Source: an uncultured delta proteobacterium (GTDB taxonomy: Bacteria > Desulfobacterota > Binatia > Binatales > Binataceae). From it: a stretch of 64,000 nt of DNA. This document shows, piece by piece, positions 10,112-20,713 of this stretch. How positions within the stretch are numbered: the stretch's first letter is position 1; each line of letters opens with the position of its first letter. Under the pieces are notes generated by a model, which worked only from the letters and a program-made list of their open reading frames with translations, was not told the origin of the DNA and made no database searches. The stretch lies in NCBI GenBank assembly GCA_963724765.1, contig CAVRVY010000003.1:800001-864000 (forward strand), in the 5' to 3' direction. A program made the translations under genes and the position numbers.

Positions 10112-10471
10112 GGCAGCTCAAGGGTTACTGACACCTAAATACCGATCGCCTGAAAATCAGTTTAACAAGGTGCCGACTCCTAAAGGAAGGGAAGCACCAT
10201 CGCGTTGTGCCGAAAAAGTTCTTCGGGCGACCGATAATCGGCGAAAAGGTCTCGGTGTCAGCCGGAGAGGTTGACAAATTAAAACAGACCTTGCGAAGCA
10301 AAGCCTGCAATACTGTGCAACTTGGTGTAATTTCTTGTCGATCGGAAAATCTGCGATCTGTTGATAATTGAACATCGCGCCTGTCCGGCCACGGCCGATC
10401 CGCCGTCGGGCATTATGCACCTTGGCAGAGTGTTGTGACGTCGTTCGTCTTGGGCCCAAGTCCGCGGTGAA

Positions 10472-10497
10472 CCCTGCCCCCTTGCTGGGGGCGAGGG
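10472..10497. terminator. GC-rich hairpin downstream of the beta-helix gene
   Basis: ccct-gccccc ttgct gggggc-g-aggg inverted repeat; no clear U tract. Confidence 0.35.
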
Positions 10498-10532
10498 TAA
10501 CAATAGGTTTGCCGCATACGGTTGCGCAGGAT

Positions 10533-11768
10533 CTATGGCGTGCAGAGTCCCGTCGGCGAACTGGCGATGCCCGTATTTCTGTACCAGGTATCATTCGTTC
10601 CCAAAGTTCCACTTCCTGTCGAACTGTCGCGGCAGTCGAATCCCGCGTTCTTACGCATCACGTTTTCCACCAGAAAGTTGCCCGAATTGCCTGCGTCGAC
10701 GCCGATGCCGTCCGCCCCGTTACGCCAGCTCATGTTGCCCACGATGATCGAATTGACGAGGGTGGTTGCCTGGGCGACGATGCCTGACTCTTCCATCTGA
10801 CTGACATTATTGTAGCTGATGCTGACATGCTGGCTGGTCCCAGACCCGAAAACAGTCGTGGCCGCTATCCCGATGGTCCCGCCCGTTGCGAGCGTATTGC
10901 CGCTGATCAACAAGCCATCGTTGCCGGGACCGATGGCCACCGCGGCGCCGCCACTACCGGGAAAGAGCGCGGCTGAACCAAGGAAGTTCTGGCCCTGGTT
11001 GTGACTGAACTCGGCGTTCGTTGTCCCCGTAAAAATGACGAATCCCCCATCCCTGCCTGACGTGTTTCCGCTAATACTCACATTTGAGCAGTTGTTGATT
11101 CCAATCGCGACCGTGGGATCTCCCCTGAAATTGTTATCTGCGATGGTCACGTTCTGCGCGCCAGACGTGAAGATGCCGTCGCCTGAGCCGACCGAATTGT
11201 TTCTGAAGAGGTTGCGTCTGATGACCACGTTGGTCACGGGCGCTGAACCTTCGAAATTCATGGAAAGAGCCTGACTGTTGTTCTGCAGAATATTATTTAA
11301 GATCAGCGCACCCGTGGCGGGATTAAGGCCCCCCTTGAGGTCGATGCCCGAGCCGTCAGCGGGCGAGCTAAAGCCCTGGATGGTGAAACCATCAATCACT
11401 ACGTTGGCGGCCTCCACGATAAATCCTGCCAGCGCGCCCGCCCCGGTCGCATTGACGACCGATTCATAAATCGAGTTCAAGCGTCCGATCCGCGCATCCA
11501 TCCCGGCGCGCGCGCCGAAGAAGATCAGGTTGGGAGTGGTCACCGTCACCGTCTCGCTGTAAATTCCACGGCCCACCAGGATGATGTCGCCGCTGGCGGC
11601 GGCATTTACCGCATTCTGTATAGTGGAATACGTCTGCTGGCAGCTTGCGTCGGTGCTGTTCACGCAGCGAATCGTGGCGGCGGCCAGGGCTTTTGTTGCG
11701 TTAAGAAAACTGAGGCCGACGACGATGGCGGCCAGAATCCATGATGCGCGAATCAGATAGCGTTTCAT
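10533..11768 (-). CDS. Secreted right-handed parallel beta-helix protein
   Basis: Signal peptide, TIQNAVNAA..GD, G.Y.E.V, DGFTI, many Asn-rich PbH1-like repeats. Confidence 0.85.
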   Translation of the reverse strand: MKRYLIRASWILAAIVVGLSFLNATKALAAATIRCVNSTDASCQQTYSTIQNAVNAAASGDIILVGRGIYSETVTVTTPNLIFFGARAGMDARIGRLNSIYESVVNATGAGALAGFIVEAANVVIDGFTIQGFSSPADGSGIDLKGGLNPATGALILNNILQNNSQALSMNFEGSAPVTNVVIRRNLFRNNSVGSGDGIFTSGAQNVTIADNNFRGDPTVAIGINNCSNVSISGNTSGRDGGFVIFTGTTNAEFSHNQGQNFLGSAALFPGSGGAAVAIGPGNDGLLISGNTLATGGTIGIAATTVFGSGTSQHVSISYNNVSQMEESGIVAQATTLVNSIIVGNMSWRNGADGIGVDAGNSGNFLVENVMRKNAGFDCRDSSTGSGTLGTNDTWYRNTGIASSPTGLCTP

Positions 11769-12423
11769 CTGTACTCCTCAAATCCGGTTAGAGCGGCAAC
11801 ATAGCCGCGACGGCCGCGAATCGCATCTAGAGGGTGGGGTGTGAAGTCACTAAGTAGCATGCGCTATTAGTCATTTACAAGTCGTGACTGAGATTCATCG
11901 GAGATAGCTACTCAATAGTATGTTTAATCAAGATATGAATGACGAAGCCCGTCTTCTGTCCGCAAGCGATGTCACATTGACGCTTGGAAATGCCTCCTGT
12001 CTCAGGCGCAGACACGGATAGGCTCGGCGCAAGGGATCGAAAAGCCGCAATGGATCGGGATCGGCCACTCCTACGCGCGCGATCGGAGATTGTCTTTACC
12101 GGCTGCCTGATAGCTATGCGAAGTGAATTGTCGGAGCCGGAACTTGTTTGAGGCTACCCGCTATATCGAATAGCCCAGCCGCGCGGCGGCTGGCCGAACT
12201 CGCTTCGGACTCTCGTTGAGCAGCGCTGCGTTTCGGTCGGCGGACCGATCAGACAGGCATCTGGAAGACGACGCTTGCGGGGAAGACTGGCGTTAGAGCT
12301 TGGGAGTTGCGCGAGCCGGCGCCGGTGGCATGCGACGGAAAAAAGCGGCGCGCCGACCAGCGATTCGATCGCCGGGCGGCGCGCCGTGCTGCCGTTGGAT
12401 TTCTTTCGCTGTGGCGCCGGAGC

Positions 12424-13890
12424 TCAGCGGTGGAACTGCTCGAGCTTGCTGATGTCAAAGATCTTGCCCACCTGCTCGAGATTTGCCGCCGGATACCCGG
12501 TCCCGAAATCAGCAAAAAGCGTGGCGCGCTGGTTTATGTAATCGGTGGCGGTGATGCCCTGTATCTGGGTCGACTCCACGCCATGATTGATCTCGGCCCA
12601 TTCCTTGTAGTCCTCGGTCCAGCGCCCGGCATACACGATGGTCTTCCACAGCTTGTGCTGCCGATTGAACATCGCCGCCATCCAGGGATGCCAGTTCTCG
12701 GAATCCCAGAACATGACGACGCTGCTGTAAGGATGATCGGCCTTTTTGGAGATGCGCTCGACCACCGCCATGCTGCGGATTGACCAGACGTCATCGGGAA
12801 GGTTGCCGTTGGGTCCGTAATAGCTTCCGTAGTCGTTCTTGCCGTCCATCACGACCAGCATGTCCTTCCATCCGAGAAACTTGAACTTCCATTTCGCGAT
12901 GCGGTCGGAGAAGGTGTAGAAGTCCTCGTTGGTCTGATCGCTTCCGCCGAGCGAATCCTCCTTGACTTCGACCGAGACGCGCCGCACGCGCCGCGACTGC
13001 GGATCGTAGGCCCAGGCGTCGTCGGCGCGATGCGGATCGTTATAGCGGTAAGTGATGAAGACCTGGCCGCGCACGTCGAAGGGCGAGAAGAAGCCGGAGA
13101 ACTCCTTGTAGTATACGTCCTTGGCCTCAGGCAGCGGCAGCAGTCCGCCCTCGGCGGCGCGCGGCGCGAGATGGCTGAAGTAGACCCGCTCGTAAAGAAT
13201 ATTCGCCGTTTTGACAAATGTGCCACCGCCGCCGAAGAACTTCGGCGCGCCGCTCGGCAGCTTGCTCTTATACTCCACCCCGCTGATCCAACCCGCCGGC
13301 GGCGCTTCGACCGTCGCGGGCACCTGTCCCTGATGGTTGCCGCCGAAGCGGTCGTAGAGGAACAGGACGCTCATGATGATCGGGCCGTAGTTCCACCATC
13401 GAGCCTCGAAATTCCAGGCCGCCTTGTAGCCCGATAGCGGATCGGCGGCGCTCAGCGAGGCATCCGCGAAGGGCTGTCCGCAGAAGTAATTGGTCATCGA
13501 GCCGTCGGAATCGATCCTGACCTGCGCCTGGTACTTCTCCGTGCAATCCATATAATCCCTACGCGGCGTGTGGCTGCGCGTCGGGATGATCTCCATGCGC
13601 ATCTCGGGAAATCTGTACTGCTCGACGTACCCCGGCATCATGAATGGACGGATCCGCTCTAAGTCCTTGGCCGTCAGCACATCGCCTGGCTTGAAGTCAG
13701 GCTTCGCACTGCCATATTTCGCAAGCCATTGGTCGATGTCGGCGCGGGTCGTGTTGCGAGGATCCTGCGCGAGCGCCAGCGCCGCGCATGCCACTACCAG
13801 CGCCAGCGCCATGCTCAAGATGCTGCCCGCGCGCATCAGGCGCGCCCGCGCGACACAAATTCCCACCATCATAGAAGAGTCACTGGTCAC
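12424..13890 (-). CDS. DUF1329-like exported protein
   Basis: Signal peptide; DDAWAYDP..RRVRR, HPYS and LWK motifs. Confidence 0.75.
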   Translation of the reverse strand: MTSDSSMMVGICVARARLMRAGSILSMALALVVACAALALAQDPRNTTRADIDQWLAKYGSAKPDFKPGDVLTAKDLERIRPFMMPGYVEQYRFPEMRMEIIPTRSHTPRRDYMDCTEKYQAQVRIDSDGSMTNYFCGQPFADASLSAADPLSGYKAAWNFEARWWNYGPIIMSVLFLYDRFGGNHQGQVPATVEAPPAGWISGVEYKSKLPSGAPKFFGGGGTFVKTANILYERVYFSHLAPRAAEGGLLPLPEAKDVYYKEFSGFFSPFDVRGQVFITYRYNDPHRADDAWAYDPQSRRVRRVSVEVKEDSLGGSDQTNEDFYTFSDRIAKWKFKFLGWKDMLVVMDGKNDYGSYYGPNGNLPDDVWSIRSMAVVERISKKADHPYSSVVMFWDSENWHPWMAAMFNRQHKLWKTIVYAGRWTEDYKEWAEINHGVESTQIQGITATDYINQRATLFADFGTGYPAANLEQVGKIFDISKLEQFHR

Positions 13891-14159
13891 GAGATGTCTC
13901 CCTCACGAATTTCCAGCGGCCCGAGTCGCCCGCGCAGACCACAAGGTGCCCGCTGTAGTTTCAAAAACCAATCAGCCGTGTAACAGCTCCGTTATGTTGA
14001 TGTCTCAAGGCTTGGCCTCTGCCCCGAGCGTCAGCAGTGAGCATAGGAAACCGCAGAGCCTGTTCGCAAACGGATTAAGTTGGGCAGAATTCCTCAGGAG
14101 ATCGCTGGGCGCCCTACGCCGACCTTCGCTGCGCGGTAGCGGAGGACTCACATTGGCCG

Positions 14160-14852
14160 TTAATACTGATGATGAATAAATAGATAGTAGCGGCAGACCT
14201 TTTGACTTGGATTCACGAACCGGTAGTGGCCGAGAACCTCGAAAAACATGGAGTCGCCGGCGTCCAGACTGTAGACGACATCATTTACCTCGACGTTCAG
14301 TCGGCCTTCAATGACGACGACGTACTTGTCTGTCCGTGCCCTGAGATAGGGAGCCCCATCGAGGGCCCGGCCTTTGGGAAGCAGATGTTCGACAAGCTCG
14401 ACGCCCTTGTCCAGATGGGTCGGTGACAGCAAATGACGTTCAGCTCCAGTCTCCTGATCGCGAAACTTCAGGCGCTGTTGTTTACGAATCACCGACACTA
14501 TCGCGGGCTGGGATTCGTTGCTCATCAGTTGAGAAACCGTAACGCCGAGCCCGCTTGCGATGCCAACGAGTACGGATAGAGTAGGACTTTTTGCGCCAAG
14601 TTCGACCGAAGACAGCATCGCCCGGCTGACATTCGATAGTGCGGCGAGTTGCTCCAGTGTTATACCCGCCTTGACACGAAGACGCCGGACGGTTTCTCCG
14701 AACTTCCGTCTCAGCTCGTCCTTCTCACGCCCTTGCTGGTCAACTCGTGCAGGTATTGATTCCCGAATTGCTTCAGCCCGACGTTTTGGTCGAAACGGCG
14801 CGATTCGTGATCTATCAGACCGAGGGGTAGATTTGTCAGGCATCTTACGCAC
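14160..14852 (-). CDS. XRE-family HTH plus cupin transcriptional regulator
   Basis: TLEQLA..SNVSRAMLS.VE.G..SPT; C-terminal cupin LDAGDS. Confidence 0.9.
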   Translation of the reverse strand: MRKMPDKSTPRSDRSRIAPFRPKRRAEAIRESIPARVDQQGREKDELRRKFGETVRRLRVKAGITLEQLAALSNVSRAMLSSVELGAKSPTLSVLVGIASGLGVTVSQLMSNESQPAIVSVIRKQQRLKFRDQETGAERHLLSPTHLDKGVELVEHLLPKGRALDGAPYLRARTDKYVVVIEGRLNVEVNDVVYSLDAGDSMFFEVLGHYRFVNPSQKVCRYYLFIHHQY

Positions 14853-15996
14853 CCGTATCGATACCTTTGCTGCTTAGTGGCCTTCGCAGTCCGGCCTGTT
14901 CCAACAGAGGCATGACCTTCTCGTTCCAGTAAGGAAGTTCAGCATTGTAGTCGACCAGCGAGATCAAGGTTCCGTCTACCCCCGTGCGGGACAACGCGAG
15001 GAGCCTGCTCGTCACCTGGTCAGCAGTTCCAACCAATGGATAGCCGCCCCATCCCGCAATGAAGTTCTCACGGAACTTGTCGAGATACTCCTTCGTGCAG
15101 GATCCGCTCTGAATCCCGAAAAGGTCGCAAACGTTATTCGCCGCCTCCCAGTCACCTTTTTCATGGACATAGTAATTGTAGTACTCTCGCGCCTCTCTCT
15201 CGGTGTCTCGCACGACAGCGTAGCAGGTAGTGAAAGTGCCGATCTCACGCTTGTGCTCGTCCCAAGCGAGCTTCTTTATCGCCTTCACCCAAGCTCTGCC
15301 GCTCTCCACGTCCTCTACAATCGCGAAGTTGATATCGCAGTAGCGGGCGGCGAATTCGCGGCCTTTGGGAGAGGTGCCGGCGCCGATCAGCAACGGTCGC
15401 GGATTTTGATACGGCTTCGGTTGGGAAAACCCCCGGTCGACCGTCAGGAATTTGCCCTTGTAGTCGAACCATTCCTCGGTCCAAAGCTTCAATACGATCT
15501 CGACCCACTCGCTCGCGTATTCGTAACGCGTGTCATGTTCCATCTGCTTGACGCCAAACATCTCCATTTCCGGCGTGAACCAGCCACAGACCATGTTGAT
15601 ACCGAATCGGCCCTTGGCGATGTGATCGATCGTAGTCGCCATCTTTGCCGCCACGATCGGATGTATCGTCGGAACGTGTGACGTGGCGAATAGAACGATC
15701 CTCTTTGTAACGGCGGCAAGCGCCGCCGCCCAGGTGTAGGTCTCCATGTTGCGGCCATTGAAATTGCTCGGCCCGCCAAAGCCACGCCAGCGCGCAATCG
15801 GCACTATACATTCGAACCCGGTGGCTTCGAGTAGGCCGGCAATCTCCACGTTCTTCTCGAAGGTCGGCTCGAAGCTGGTCTCGGCCAGCGTCATAGCGCA
15901 GGCATTGGAGCAATTTGGGCCAAAGATGCCAAGTTTTAGTGTGTTGTCGTTGAACATCGGATTTCCGGCTTCGCGATAGGCGTCCAAATTACCCAT
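14845..15996 (-). CDS. LLM-class flavin-dependent monooxygenase (SsuD/RutA/SfnG-like)
   Basis: PIARWRGFGG, HPIVAAKM.TIDH..GRFG.N...GW. Confidence 0.9.
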   Translation of the reverse strand: MGNLDAYREAGNPMFNDNTLKLGIFGPNCSNACAMTLAETSFEPTFEKNVEIAGLLEATGFECIVPIARWRGFGGPSNFNGRNMETYTWAAALAAVTKRIVLFATSHVPTIHPIVAAKMATTIDHIAKGRFGINMVCGWFTPEMEMFGVKQMEHDTRYEYASEWVEIVLKLWTEEWFDYKGKFLTVDRGFSQPKPYQNPRPLLIGAGTSPKGREFAARYCDINFAIVEDVESGRAWVKAIKKLAWDEHKREIGTFTTCYAVVRDTEREAREYYNYYVHEKGDWEAANNVCDLFGIQSGSCTKEYLDKFRENFIAGWGGYPLVGTADQVTSRLLALSRTGVDGTLISLVDYNAELPYWNEKVMPLLEQAGLRRPLSSKGIDTGA

Positions 15997-16068
15997 ATTG
16001 TTCCCTTCCAGGCTTGTCCGCAGATCTCAGTCCGCGTTTTGGGGCATAATGAGCAGCCTTGATCAGTG

Positions 16069-17547
16069 TCAGCGCATAACAAAAGGATTAGGCACGTCCG
16101 CATTACCGTTTATGAAGACACTCTTCGCCTGCAAATACTCCTTAATTGCCTCGATCCCGTTTTCTCGGCCTATCCCCGAGGATTTGAATCCGCCGAAGGG
16201 CGCAAGATAGCTCACAACTCGATAGGCATTAACCCAGACGGTGCCGGCCTGCAGACGCCTTGGCATTTTCACGGCACGCTCGATACTGCTGGTCCAGAGC
16301 GCGGCGGCAAGGCCGTAGGGCGTATCGTTCGCTATCTCAACCGCCTCATCGTCGGTGTCGAAGGGAATCACCACGAGGACCGGCCCAAAGACCTCTTCCC
16401 GAGCGATTCGCATATCGTTCCTCACATTGGTGAAGATGGTAGGCTCGACGAACCAGCCGTCTCCACAATTCGCACCCTGACCGCGTCGGCCGCCAATTAC
16501 GCACTTTGCACCTTCCTGCTTAGCGATATCGATATACTTCATGACCCGCTCTAACTGCGGCCGAGTTGAAAGCGGACCCATATTCGTGTCCGCGTTGTCC
16601 GGATCTCCAAGGCGGACGCGCGACATGAAGGCGACCAGTTTGTCCACGAACTCGTCATGGATGGACGAATGTATAATCAGGCGCGAGCCGGCCATGCAGG
16701 TCTGACCGCTTGCAGCGAACACTCCCGATACGACACCTTTGAGTGCCGCTTCCTGATTGGCGTCGGCGAAGACGATGTTCGGTGACTTGCCGCCGAGTTC
16801 AAGCGAAACGCGTTTGAAGGCTCCCCCTGCGGCCTCCCCGACTGCACGTCCGCCGGCTTCCCCGCCAGTAAAAGCGACTCGCCTGACGAGCGGATGCGTT
16901 GTCAGCACTTTCCCGACCTCTGCACCGTAGCCAGTAACCATGTTCACGACTCCAGGTGGAAACCCAACTTCCTCAAAAAGACGAGCGAAGGCGATCAACG
17001 CAGTGGACGCGAACTCCGAAGGCTTGATGACGACCGTGTTACCGGCTGCCAGTGCCGGTGCAACTTTCATTGTTGCGATCAGAAGCGGTGAGTTCCAGGG
17101 AACGATGCAGGTCACCACGCCTAGCGGTTCGTAGCTAACGTAGTGAAACATGCCAGGCTTATCGATCGGTGTGATCGAGCCCTCGATCTTGTCGGCAAGG
17201 CCGCCGTAGTACTGATACCACCGTGGCATATAGCGCTGATTTCCGAGCATCTCGGCCCTCAGCTTGCCCGTGTCGCGGACCTCGAGCTCGGCGAGTTTTT
17301 CCGCGTTCGCCGCCATAAGGTCGGCGAGTTTGTACAGCAGCAGGCCACGGTCGGCCGGGCTCATCTGACTCCAGGGACCTTTGGTGTACGCGTGATGCGC
17401 GGCCAATATGGCGGCTTCCGCGTCTGCCGGTCCCCCGCGCGGTATTTCGGCCCAGGCTTTGCCGGTGAAGGGATTCTCTGATTCTATCCATTCGTTCGAC
17501 GAGGCCGGTAGCCAGGCATCCCCGATGCGCATCCGAAATCGTTCCAT
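16069..17547 (-). CDS. Aldehyde dehydrogenase
   Basis: PWNSP, KPSE, LELGGKSP, GQTCMAG, EEVFGPV, PFGGFKSSG; ATG 17547 with GGAG RBS. Confidence 0.96.
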   Translation of the reverse strand: MERFRMRIGDAWLPASSNEWIESENPFTGKAWAEIPRGGPADAEAAILAAHHAYTKGPWSQMSPADRGLLLYKLADLMAANAEKLAELEVRDTGKLRAEMLGNQRYMPRWYQYYGGLADKIEGSITPIDKPGMFHYVSYEPLGVVTCIVPWNSPLLIATMKVAPALAAGNTVVIKPSEFASTALIAFARLFEEVGFPPGVVNMVTGYGAEVGKVLTTHPLVRRVAFTGGEAGGRAVGEAAGGAFKRVSLELGGKSPNIVFADANQEAALKGVVSGVFAASGQTCMAGSRLIIHSSIHDEFVDKLVAFMSRVRLGDPDNADTNMGPLSTRPQLERVMKYIDIAKQEGAKCVIGGRRGQGANCGDGWFVEPTIFTNVRNDMRIAREEVFGPVLVVIPFDTDDEAVEIANDTPYGLAAALWTSSIERAVKMPRRLQAGTVWVNAYRVVSYLAPFGGFKSSGIGRENGIEAIKEYLQAKSVFINGNADVPNPFVMR

Positions 17548-17581
17548 TTTCGTTTCTCCCCTAAGGTTTCGCGCGTCCAGG

Positions 17582-17626
17582 GCAAAGCGGTCCTCGATCG
17601 ACCAACGCAAAGCGGTCCTCGATCGA
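17582..17626. repeat. 20 bp perfect direct repeat, period 25
   Basis: gcaaagcggtcctcgatcga at 17582-17601 and 17607-17626. Confidence 0.9.
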
Positions 17627-17809
17627 AACGACCGGTAGTTCGCAGTGCGGCGCCACGCTTCGTCCCGCGCCGCTCCTTTTTTGATGCGGCCGACCGTACC
17701 ACGGAAGAGGACATTCCGCTATAGAAGATTTCTGAACGTGATGCGGCCGCTCGCGTCTCGATTGCCCAAATATTTGATCGTATTGTTGAGCACTTGAGAC
17801 GGAGGGCTT

Positions 17810-18595
17810 ATGCGCTGGGCACGGTTCGAACGGGATGGTCAGTCAAGCTACGGTCTTGTCGACGAAAACGGCATCCAGCCGGTCTTGGGCACACCGTTCG
17901 ATCGCTGGGAGCGCAACGGCGCGCCGGTGTCGCTGTCGGCGGTGAAACTGCTGGTGCCGCTAATACCACGCACTTTCTATGCATGTGGACTGAACTATGC
18001 GGAGCATATCCGCGCGGTTGCCGAGAAGATCGGCCAAAATCCGAACCTGCCAACGCAGCCGGACGTGGGATATCGCGCCAATAACGCGTTAATTGCTCAA
18101 GGCGAAACGATCGTAATTCCGCATGATGCCACGGACAAGGTCCAGTACGAAGGCGAACTCGTGGTAGTGATTGGCAAGAGGGCGAAAAACCTGAGTGAGG
18201 AGGACGCGCTTTCCTGCGTGTTGGGTTACACGATCGGCAATGACGTGAGCGAGCGAAACTGGCAGAAGAGCGACCGGACTCTGTGGCGGGCAAAGAATTC
18301 TGACACCTTCAAGCCAATGGGGCCCTGGATCGAGACTGAGGTAAAGCTGGCGGACCTGGTTACCATGATCCGGCTGAACGGGCGTGAGATGATTCGATTC
18401 CCGACCAACCACATGATCTTCAGCATCGAACGCTATATCGCTACGATGAGCCGCTACTTAACGCTGTATCCTGGCGACGTGATCTGGATGGGGACCGAGG
18501 GCGAGACCGCCAACATGAAACAGGGCGACACCGTGGAGGTCGAAATCACCGGCATCGGCACGCTCTGCAATCCGGTAATCCGCGAGCGTGTATGA
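17810..18595 (+). CDS. Fumarylacetoacetate hydrolase family protein
   Basis: GLNYAEH, YEGEL, GYTIGNDVSER, GPWI, LYPGDVI.MGT. Confidence 0.93.
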   Translation: MRWARFERDGQSSYGLVDENGIQPVLGTPFDRWERNGAPVSLSAVKLLVPLIPRTFYACGLNYAEHIRAVAEKIGQNPNLPTQPDVGYRANNALIAQGETIVIPHDATDKVQYEGELVVVIGKRAKNLSEEDALSCVLGYTIGNDVSERNWQKSDRTLWRAKNSDTFKPMGPWIETEVKLADLVTMIRLNGREMIRFPTNHMIFSIERYIATMSRYLTLYPGDVIWMGTEGETANMKQGDTVEVEITGIGTLCNPVIRERV

Positions 18596-18736
18596 AAAAC
18601 GCTCCGCGGGCCCTTTTGGAATTCTCCAAGCGTCCGAATGCCCAAGACCGATCATCGTCGCCTCAGCTGCAGGGGGCGCTCTTTTACCGCTTCGAAATCT
18701 CGCTGTCGAGCACCAGCACGCCCGCCGAGCGCAAGC

Positions 18737-19160
18737 TCATCGCGTCGGCCTGACTGCGCCATTTTCTCGTGGATCGATTTTGAGGTGCCTATTCATCTCG
18801 GCTTCACCGAGGTCCCATTGACCGTCCCACGCGATCTGTAAACGGAGCAGTTCGCTATCGGCTTCGACCGATATTGCTCGAACCGTAAATCCAGAGCATC
18901 GTGGCTCCGGTGTGTTGGAGAGGAAAATTATTGGGGATGATCATCGGCGTGAGATAAAGAGAGCCTTCTTCGTTCACGTAAAATAAATCCGCATGGTCGT
19001 CTGGCCCTATCGTTCGCGAAGGCTTCAGGTCAACCTCTTGATTCCGCCATTTCAATGGCCGCGTAACCGAATATACCGCTTGCGGTAGCCGGTCAGGCCC
19101 CGGCGATTCTACCAGCGTCATCTCGACTCGAACTTCGTGCCCACCGGACTGTCTGCGTTT
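18737..19160 (-). pseudogene. Frameshifted, 5'-truncated hypothetical gene remnant
   Basis: ...TGATMLWI continues after a +1 shift near 18888 as TVRAISVEADSELLRLQIAWDGQWDLGEAEMNRHLKID...; no clear start. Confidence 0.45.
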
Positions 19161-19302
19161 GCAAGTCACCCCTGCGCGCTCGGAAGCGCGAGCCTCGCGC
19201 ACACCGCGCGCCATGAGCGCACCCAATGCCCAGATCGATGCAGTCTGTCGACCACGCTCCCGAGTTTGTTTCCCCCCTCAAGCATCCTTTAGCGTGTCGA
19301 AA

Positions 19303-19968
19303 TTATGGTGCGAACGGCGCCAAGACGGTGCATCGCGGCGCCTGCCCCACCGTCGGCTGCACGGTGCTGAAGAACCTCACGTTAGTGCTACAGGCGCGCC
19401 GATCGCAGCCACCTACTACGTATTCATACGGCTCTAAGCCGGTCCCGGGCGTTAAGCTACCGTTTGGGGAATCCGCGCCATCGGAATAAGCCAACCCATA
19501 GCCCTGCGCATCGACGATCAGATCGCGCGGATTGATCTGAGACAGAGCGGTCGCGTCCAACCCAACCGAAAACGCCTCTACGGCAAAGCCCTGGCACGCG
19601 ACGGGCGCAAGCAGGCTTTCGGCGGCGGCGGGGCTACCGATGCCCTGGCGCGGAATCGCCTCAGTATCCTGCATCACAGCGTAGATGGAAATTTGCGCGC
19701 CGATAGGTGCTTTGATCGGGAGCACGACGCAGGGCTCGAATCCGACGCCGCTGATATACCGGTTCGCGCCCCTAGGTGCGCCGATCGCGACGATGAACGA
19801 CAGGTCACCGTTTTGCCCCTCGCAATCACCAGCCTGGCTGACCGAGATCATGATCGCAGCGTTGGTGCGTGAGGTTTGGGCTGCGAGCGTCGCGGGCGCT
19901 ATCGCGAGGCTGCTCGCGATGAATCCGTAAAGGCACCACCGAATTCCCGAGAACCAGAATCGTTTCAT
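19303..19968 (-). CDS. Secreted hypothetical protein
   Basis: AGGAGG RBS, signal peptide ending TLA-A, several Cys. Confidence 0.7.
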   Translation of the reverse strand: MKRFWFSGIRWCLYGFIASSLAIAPATLAAQTSRTNAAIMISVSQAGDCEGQNGDLSFIVAIGAPRGANRYISGVGFEPCVVLPIKAPIGAQISIYAVMQDTEAIPRQGIGSPAAAESLLAPVACQGFAVEAFSVGLDATALSQINPRDLIVDAQGYGLAYSDGADSPNGSLTPGTGLEPYEYVVGGCDRRACSTNVRFFSTVQPTVGQAPRCTVLAPFAP

Positions 19969-20395
19969 CGAACCCTCCTTCTTGTTAGGTCTCCTTTCAT
20001 TTTTTAGCTAGCGCGAAGGTAACGGATCGGCAGGACGATGCACGCCGTTGCAGAAGATCGCGCACCATACCTCTCATCCCGCAGTGTGATGACTTAAAGC
20101 GCGCGGCGCCCAACTCAATTATGTTTGTCTATTTCAAATGAGTTAGGTCAAACGCTAACTTCGAACGCTGGGCTTTAGAGCGCAGCGCGCAGCAGAGCGC
20201 GCCGCGCGCCATAAGCGAGCCCAACGCCCTCAGATCGAGCGTGACTCGTGCGCTGGCGAGGCGCGCCCACAGTGCTTATTCAAGCACCGTTTAACCAATT
20301 CAGCGTGCTAGTTATGCGCTAATTTTCGCAGAATTCGCTGCGCGCGCTCATCGCTGCACGCGAGCGAAATGCTTTATCTTTCAAGCGCTTAGGTG

Positions 20396-20440
20396 GGTGG
20401 GCCGTTGGAGACTCGAACTCCAGACCCGCTGATTAAGAGT
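20396..20440 (-). repeat. att site: displaced 45 bp copy of the tRNA-Lys 3' half
   Basis: Identical to 34913-34957; ends just past the anticodon loop. Confidence 0.95.
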
Positions 20441-20713
20441 AGCAACCCCCAGCATTCCAGCCTGCCCGACCAGCACGTCACTCGACCGAAAGCGCGGCAG
20501 TCCGGATGAGCCGTCTGCACGATGGGTGACGTCATTATGCGGGTTTTCAGGATGCTATGGCACCGGTTGGGCGCCAATTTGCACCCGCCGCTATCGATAC
20601 CGAGGCTCGAGTTCACCCTGAGCGTTCCGATCATTTGGCGAACTTCACCGCCATGTTCTTAACATCGCACCTACTCGACGCGGGCGTCCTGACTTTGCTA
20701 CAAAGCGGACACC

